Source: Candidatus Cybelea sp. (GTDB lineage: Bacteria > Acidobacteriota > Terriglobia > Acidiferrales > UBA7541). From it: DNA of 64,000 nucleotides. Both the position numbers and the translations under genes were made by a program. Positions 58,633 through 64,000 of the stretch are shown here, in pieces. The notes beneath the pieces are model-generated. The model saw only the letters and a list, made by a program, of their open reading frames with translations. It was not told the DNA's origin and made no database searches. The stretch lies in NCBI GenBank assembly GCA_035603235.1, contig DATNKU010000032.1, forward strand, positions 2,249-66,248, in the 5' to 3' direction. The number at the start of each line of letters is the position of its first letter. The stretch's first letter is position 1.

Positions 58633-59514
58633 ATGAGCTCGACAGTTCCGACGATGGAAGAAAAGGCAAAAGCAGACGCGGCCGCGAAGGCTCAGGCCAG
58701 CGCGATCGAGCGACGCCGCAGACGCCGCGCGAAGATTTCCGCGCTCGTTCACGTGAAAGCGATCAACTCACCGGAGCCGTTCGAAGAAATCTGCACCAGC
58801 ATTGACGTGTCGCGCGACGGCCTGCTATTTACGGCGAAGCACGCCGGCTATTGGAAGGGCCAGCAGCTCAGCGTTATCTTTCCCTTTTCTACCGCCGCGC
58901 AGGCGATCAACACCGCGCAAATCGCCGACATCGTGCGAGTGGCCGAGCAGCCGGGCGGAAAATTCAGCGTTGCCGTGCAATTTCAAGCTGCCAGGGTGGA
59001 AGCGAAGACCGATCGCAAGGGAGCTCTGGGTCCCGGAATCGCCGCGGTCGCGTCCTCCTCCGGAATGCCGACTATGGCGAAGGCCCAGTCGGTCGTGCTC
59101 GCGGTCGAGCCCGACTCGAGGACTGCTGAAATCATGCGCAACATGCTGAGTCAGGACGGATATACCGTAGTCATCGTGGCGACCGCACAGGAAGCGCTCG
59201 AAGTGCTGCGCACGACCGTGCCTTCCGTGTTCATTGCCGAAGTCGAGGCAACCGACATGTCCGGACACGACCTTTGCCTGATCATCAAGCGCAACGAACG
59301 CCTGCAGCGCGTGCCGGTCATTCTGCTGACGCGCTCTGCGCAGCCAGCCGATTATTCGGCGAGCCATCAACTTGGCGCCGTGGTCTGCATGGCCAAGCCG
59401 TTCCAGCCCGAGCGGCTCCAGCACGTGGTCCGCTTGGTCGCGCCTCCTCCAACGCTGAAAAGCGTATACGGCAGTTCGCGGGTGGCGAATAACAATATCG
59501 AGCGCACGCTGTAG
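58633..59514 (+). CDS. PilZ domain / receiver-domain fusion protein (c-di-GMP-binding response-regulator-like)
   Basis: 293 aa. PilZ motifs RRRRRR (res 27-32) and DVSRDG (res 58-63). The C-terminal CheY-like fold has LLTRS (Thr) and MAKPF (Lys-Pro), but Glu203 sits at the phospho-acceptor position. Confidence 0.8.
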   Translation: MSSTVPTMEEKAKADAAAKAQASAIERRRRRRAKISALVHVKAINSPEPFEEICTSIDVSRDGLLFTAKHAGYWKGQQLSVIFPFSTAAQAINTAQIADIVRVAEQPGGKFSVAVQFQAARVEAKTDRKGALGPGIAAVASSSGMPTMAKAQSVVLAVEPDSRTAEIMRNMLSQDGYTVVIVATAQEALEVLRTTVPSVFIAEVEATDMSGHDLCLIIKRNERLQRVPVILLTRSAQPADYSASHQLGAVVCMAKPFQPERLQHVVRLVAPPPTLKSVYGSSRVANNNIERTL

Positions 59515-59662
59515 TAATCCGCACACCCGCCTGGCCCCGTCGGGAACAGCCGTTTTTCAAATACGCTCCATCGCGCTCGTCCGCGCGTCCTGATAACCGC
59601 ATCCACGCGTCGCCGTGCTCGTCCCCACGAAGACATTTCGAGCGCCTTTCGCGCGTGGTACG

Positions 59663-60562
59663 ATGTCGCAGATGAATGACAAATTCGTATTGGGGCTCGT
59701 ACAGATGCGCTCAACCAAGGATGCGGCGGAGAATCTCGCCCGCGCGGTCGAGAAGATACGCGAAGCCGCCAAGCGAGGCGCACAAGTCGTCTGCATGGAC
59801 GAGCTGTTTCACAGCCAATATTTCTGCCGCACAGAAAACCCCGACCTTTTTAATCTTGCCGAACCTCTTCCCGGGCCCACGACCGACGTGCTCGCGACCG
59901 TTGCGCGCGAGACCAAAATCGCAATCGTCGCTTCCCTGTTCGAGCGCCGCGCCCCGGGCCTGTACCACAACACCTGCGCGGTGATTGACGCCGACGGATC
60001 GTTCCTGGGCAGATATCGCAAGATGCACATCCCGGACGACCCTCTGTACTACGAGAAGTTTTACTTCACCCCGGGTGACCTCGGTTTTCCGGCGTTCGAC
60101 GTACACTGCGGCCGCATCGGCGTGCAGATCTGCTGGGATCAATGGTACCCGGAGGGCTCGCGGGCGGTGGCGCTTGGTGGTGCGCAGGTAATTTTCTATC
60201 CCACGAGCATCGGCTGGCATCCGGCAGAGAAAGCGGAATTCGGCGCAGCGCAGCTCGACGCCTGGAAAACGATTCAGCGCAGTCACGCCATCGCGAACGG
60301 AGTCTATGTCGCGGTCGTAAACCGGGTGGGCTTTGAGGGCGGGGACGCGACAGGTGATACCGGGCTTGAGTTCTGGGGCAATTCCTTTGTCGCCGACCCG
60401 TTCGGACAAGTGGTGGCCGAGGCCGCGCAAGACAAGGAAGAAATCCTCGTGGTCGAATGCGATTCCTCGAAAAGCGAGGAAACCCGCCGCAATTGGCCTT
60501 TCCTGCGCGACCGGCGCGTGGATGCGTACCAACCGATCCTCAGCCGTTGGCTCGGCAAGTGA
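59663..60562 (+). CDS. aguB: N-carbamoylputrescine amidase (carbon-nitrogen hydrolase family)
   Basis: Track ORF trimmed to the ATG at 59663. Nitrilase-superfamily Glu/Lys/Cys contexts (CMDELF, YRKMHIP, GVQICWDQWYPE). Adjacent to aguA. Confidence 0.85.
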   Translation: MSQMNDKFVLGLVQMRSTKDAAENLARAVEKIREAAKRGAQVVCMDELFHSQYFCRTENPDLFNLAEPLPGPTTDVLATVARETKIAIVASLFERRAPGLYHNTCAVIDADGSFLGRYRKMHIPDDPLYYEKFYFTPGDLGFPAFDVHCGRIGVQICWDQWYPEGSRAVALGGAQVIFYPTSIGWHPAEKAEFGAAQLDAWKTIQRSHAIANGVYVAVVNRVGFEGGDATGDTGLEFWGNSFVADPFGQVVAEAAQDKEEILVVECDSSKSEETRRNWPFLRDRRVDAYQPILSRWLGK

Positions 60563-60641
60563 ACACCTACCCACCGTCGCCAACCTTGCACGAGGCCTGG
60601 GCGCCCCTGGCCACCCTGCGACGTAACCTCGGGGTGTCTGA

Positions 60642-61826
60642 GTGCGCCGGAGCAGCCCCGACAGGCGAGGCCACGCGAAATTGCTGAACGAATTGAATCT
60701 TCGCATGCCTGCCGAATGGGAGCCGCATGAGGCGACCTGGCTCGGATGGCCCCACGAGCTCACCGACTGGCCGGGCAAATTCGCGCCGATCCCGTGGGCC
60801 TTTGCGGAAATCGTGAGGCATCTGACACGCGTCGAGCGCGTCAATCTGCTGGTCGAGAACCACGCTGCCAGATCACGCGTGAAGGAGATGCTGCGAAAAT
60901 CCGGAGCCGACTTGGACGCCATTACGTTTTTCGACGTCCCCACCGACCGCGGGTGGATGCGTGACTCCGGTCCCATCGCAGTCGTGACGAAAGACAACGC
61001 TCAGCAAAGAACCGCGCTGTTGAATTTCGGATTCAACGGCTGGGCAAAATACGAAGATTACAAGAAGGACGCAAAGGTCGTCGCGCGGCTCGCTGGCCAG
61101 CTCGATGGGCGGCCTCACGCCAAGCAGGTGAGCCGGGCCCAAGGTCGCGAGGCGGCGGGACGGACGAGCGCGCGGGCGCCGAAGGCTGACAACCCCGATA
61201 GCGTGATTCTCCCGATGCATCAGGGGCGGCGAGTGGTGCTCGAGGGCGGCTCGATTGACGTAAACGGACGCGGAACACTTCTTGCGACCGAGGAATGCCT
61301 GCTGAGCGCCGTGCAGGAACGGAATCCCGGATTCACGCGCGATGATTATGCCGAAGTCTTTCGCCGCTATCTTGGTGTCACAAATGTGCTTTGGCTGCAC
61401 AAAGGGATCGCGGGAGATGACACGCACGGGCATGTGGATGATCTTGCGCGATTCGTGAACGCATCGACGGTCGTGACCGCGTTCGCCGACGATTCCGCGG
61501 ATGCCAATTACGAGCCGCTGGCGGAAAATCTGGCTCTGCTGCGGAGCATGAAGGATCAGGACGGCAACGCGCTGCGCGTTGAGACGCTTCCCATGCCGGA
61601 GGCGGTCGTCTTTGACGGCCAGCGTCTCCCGGCAAGCTACGCGAACTTTTACATCGCGAACAAAATCGTGCTGGTCCCAACTTTCAACGACCCGGCTGAC
61701 CGCATCGCGCTTGATAAGCTTGCCGGACTGTTCCCGGATCGGGCGATTGCACCGGTCTACTGTCGCGACCTTGTCCTGGGGCTTGGCACCGTTCATTGCA
61801 TGACGCAGCAGCTACCCCTCCCCTGA
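60642..61826 (+). CDS. aguA: agmatine deiminase
   Basis: MPAEWEPHEATWLGWPH, WMRDSGP, LEGGSIDVNGRGT, DDTHGHVDD and the C-terminal GLGTVHCMTQQ (catalytic Cys). The start is uncertain (GTG 60642, TTG 60681, ATG 60705). Confidence 0.85.
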   Translation: MRRSSPDRRGHAKLLNELNLRMPAEWEPHEATWLGWPHELTDWPGKFAPIPWAFAEIVRHLTRVERVNLLVENHAARSRVKEMLRKSGADLDAITFFDVPTDRGWMRDSGPIAVVTKDNAQQRTALLNFGFNGWAKYEDYKKDAKVVARLAGQLDGRPHAKQVSRAQGREAAGRTSARAPKADNPDSVILPMHQGRRVVLEGGSIDVNGRGTLLATEECLLSAVQERNPGFTRDDYAEVFRRYLGVTNVLWLHKGIAGDDTHGHVDDLARFVNASTVVTAFADDSADANYEPLAENLALLRSMKDQDGNALRVETLPMPEAVVFDGQRLPASYANFYIANKIVLVPTFNDPADRIALDKLAGLFPDRAIAPVYCRDLVLGLGTVHCMTQQLPLP

Positions 61827-62033
61827 GCGCTCTCAGCCAGCCGGCCGTGACCTCCCGGGCACTTGTTGCTCTTAACCCCACACTAGTACCTCTAACCTAT
61901 TGTAACGAACCCGCATCGGCGACAGGATAGAGGTAGAACCGTCCCGCGGGCGCAAACGCGCGCCCTAGGGTGGGTTCTCGTCCGGGGGGACGCTTGGAAA
62001 TGTCACGAATTCCGGTAATCGGGACCAAAACCT

Positions 62034-63575
62034 ATGCCTGATGCTGCGCGGATTGCACAGGCACAGGCCCTGGAGGTTCCGCTCGTCCTCAAAGGGGCCA
62101 AGCCCGACGACGGCACCGGCCGGCGCGAGCTATTCACCGAGAACGCGACGACGATCCTTGTATTCGACAACGGCGCCCTGCTGAATCTGCGGGCCAGACT
62201 CGCAGTCGGACAGGCTGTTCTCATCCATAACGAACAAAACAGGCGAGAGATCCTGAGCAAGGTCCTCGAGGCCCCTCCGGTAGGTGAGGTGGGTCACACG
62301 GAGCTGGAATTTACCACCGCTGACCCTGATTTCTGGCTTGCCGACGCACCGCCGTCTGCCTTGAGTCCGGAGCTCCCCCAAGCCGCGACCGAAGATCAAG
62401 AACCGAAACAGCCTCCGGAGGCTCCGTCCGAAGACACGCTCGCGATGATGAGCGAGACCGCGTCCAAAATCCAGTTGCCCGCCGTGACCCCACCGGCGAA
62501 ACAACCTGTCGTTTCTCTCCGTGAAGAACTCGTTCCGGCGCATCAGATGGTTCCGGAAACTTCCCCCGTGACGGTCGAGCCGCTCCCAGGCACGGAGCAG
62601 ACCGAGCCGACCGGTGAGCAGATCGATGCCGCCCTCAAGCAAATGGCCGGCGCCGCCCTGCCGCCATCATCGGACGTCCCTGGCGCCCAGCCGCATTCGG
62701 AAAGTGGTGCAGGGAATGAACAGACACAGGACGAAAGGCATCTCGCCGCTTTGATGGCACGCGAGGCAAGATTCGCCAAGTTCGTGGCGATAAAAGAAAA
62801 GCAGCTGGAAAAGAACCAGCGGGACGCGGCAACAAAGAACGTCGAGGACGTCCCACCGGAAGCTCTGCCCGTCACCGAACAGAAAGTTGTTCTCTCAGCA
62901 AAACAGAAAGCCCTATTCGCAACAACCGAACTGATTCACAAGCTCACTTACGGACGGAACGCGATCTTCACCCAGATTGGTGCTGGCGTCGTAGTCGCAG
63001 TTGCACTCGGCTTCCTGTGCCACACACTGCGTCCTGTATTTTTCCCTGAAAAAAGTCAGCCTGTAGCGACCGCGCCCCAAGTGAAACCCGCGGCAGCGGC
63101 AGCGCCCACGCCCGCCCCTCCGTCACCGGGATCAGCCGCTGCCGTCGCAGCCGTTCCGCCAGCAGCAGTGGCAGGATCACCGATTCCGACGCCGCCAGTG
63201 GCGGTGGCTGCGCCTGCGAAGCTTGCCGCCGCGAAATCGGTGCAAGTCGACTCCGGAGAGGTCGCATCCGGACAACCCAGACATCGAAACGCGATCGAGG
63301 CAAACACGGTCGGCAACGTTCCAATAAGAATTCTGTCGCAGCCTCAACCGACGCTTCCACCCTGGGCGAAGGGTCTCGACGTAAGCGGAGTCGTTACGCT
63401 CGATGTCGTCATCGACGAAAAGGGAGACGTCGCGCAGACGAAAGTGCTGTCTGGACCTCGCGAGCTTCAACATGCGGCAGAACAGGCGGTTGGGCTTTGG
63501 CTGTTTAAACCTGCGCAATCGGCCGGCAGGCCAGTCGCAAAGCATGTCGTCCTCACCGTTGAATTCCAGCAATAG
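62034..63575 (+). CDS. TonB C-terminal domain protein with a long Pro/Ala-rich linker
   Basis: 513 aa. A soluble N-terminal about 90-aa beta-rich module, an acidic/Pro-rich region, one TM (IFTQIGAGVVVAVALGFL) and a P/A linker. The C-terminal TonB_C pattern is PPWAKGLDVSGVVTLDVVIDEKGDV...LSGPRELQHAAEQAV..W.FKPA. Confidence 0.75.
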   Translation: MPDAARIAQAQALEVPLVLKGAKPDDGTGRRELFTENATTILVFDNGALLNLRARLAVGQAVLIHNEQNRREILSKVLEAPPVGEVGHTELEFTTADPDFWLADAPPSALSPELPQAATEDQEPKQPPEAPSEDTLAMMSETASKIQLPAVTPPAKQPVVSLREELVPAHQMVPETSPVTVEPLPGTEQTEPTGEQIDAALKQMAGAALPPSSDVPGAQPHSESGAGNEQTQDERHLAALMAREARFAKFVAIKEKQLEKNQRDAATKNVEDVPPEALPVTEQKVVLSAKQKALFATTELIHKLTYGRNAIFTQIGAGVVVAVALGFLCHTLRPVFFPEKSQPVATAPQVKPAAAAAPTPAPPSPGSAAAVAAVPPAAVAGSPIPTPPVAVAAPAKLAAAKSVQVDSGEVASGQPRHRNAIEANTVGNVPIRILSQPQPTLPPWAKGLDVSGVVTLDVVIDEKGDVAQTKVLSGPRELQHAAEQAVGLWLFKPAQSAGRPVAKHVVLTVEFQQ

Positions 63576-63796
63576 TCTTGTCCTTAAATAAGGTCGTCCC
63601 GCGAAACCGTTGCTTCGCGCTCCATTCCTCCGACAAAACGCGGCCCGCGCGTCCCTACCCGTTATCCCCGACGTAATTCGACAACAAATGCGCGGAACCG
63701 ATGGCATACAGGAAAGAAGTGATTCCACTGCTGCGGGAGAACTGTTAATCTTTTTTTCCGCGCTTCGGGCGCGAGCATGCGGGACCAGGAGTAGTT

Positions 63797-64000
63797 GTGA
63801 AGACGATGCGAGTTGCGATTCGATCTGCCGTCTGCGCGCTGACGCTCGCGTTGTTTCTGGCGGGCGCCGCAACCGCTCGCGCGCAGGGAGCCACCGGAGC
63901 GGGGAGCACTGCACCGCCGCCGAATTCGTCATCACCTGCTAACAACACCCAACCCGGGCAGACCGGTAGCTCGAGCCAGACCGAACAACAGACCCCGCCT
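63797..64000 (+). CDS. partial CDS (5' end), exported protein of unknown function
   Basis: GGAG at 63788, then GTG 63797 / ATG 63806. Signal peptide MRVAIRSAVCALTLALFLAGAATARAQ, then a Ser/Thr/Pro/Gln-rich segment. The frame is open to the window end. Confidence 0.45.
   Translation, partial: MKTMRVAIRSAVCALTLALFLAGAATARAQGATGAGSTAPPPNSSSPANNTQPGQTGSSSQTEQQTPP

Overview
High-GC bacterial chromosomal segment with about 58 protein-coding genes. I saw no rRNA, tRNA, CRISPR array, transposase or integrase by eye. The gene content suggests an Acidobacteriota-like soil bacterium (inference only): a giant CarboxypepD_reg-type TonB-dependent receptor, a YXWGXW-repeat protein, a choice-of-anchor-D-like adhesin, and PilZ and TonB-C proteins. 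Layout: (i) 1-1.9 kb is a lower-GC islet with an AbiEi(partial)/AbiEii toxin-antitoxin pair plus an HNH-motif protein. (ii) 2.3-21.3 kb is core genes: ubiD-family decarboxylase, pilMNOPQ, M24 aminopeptidase, accBC, thiE, two APC permeases, a HAMP-PP2C phosphatase, nnr, tsaE and fabI. (iii) 21.4-28.5 kb holds poorly characterised genes: a small Cys/His membrane protein, an 833-aa protein ending in a divergent class III cyclase-like domain, and a TPR / LON-N / AAA+ / vWA string. (iv) 28.5-38.8 kb is a divergent heme supercluster, hemE-hemN-hemY on the minus strand and ccsA-like-hemA-hemC-hemD-hemB-hemL on the plus strand. (v) 39-57.6 kb is accessory-looking: a TonB-dependent receptor, several hydrolases and oxidoreductases, TerC, an orphan membrane protein in a low-GC patch, a repeat-rich surface protein, a signal-peptide-bearing Hcp-like protein, a rhodanese and a YXWGXW protein. 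(vi) 57.7-64 kb carries a RibD_C-family reductase, a PilZ-receiver fusion, aguB-aguA, a TonB-C protein and a truncated secreted protein. Many ORF-track entries have spurious 5' extensions, so I trimmed starts using homolog N-termini, Shine-Dalgarno sequences and 4-nt start/stop overlaps. I found no complete, clearly novel multi-gene system. The best candidates for follow-up are the cyclase-like giant protein, the TPR/LON-N/AAA+/vWA string appended to the porphyrin operon, the exported Hcp-like orphan, the PilZ-receiver with Glu at the phospho-acceptor position, and the edge-truncated AbiE/HNH islet. All functional calls rest on motif recognition by eye, with no database searches.
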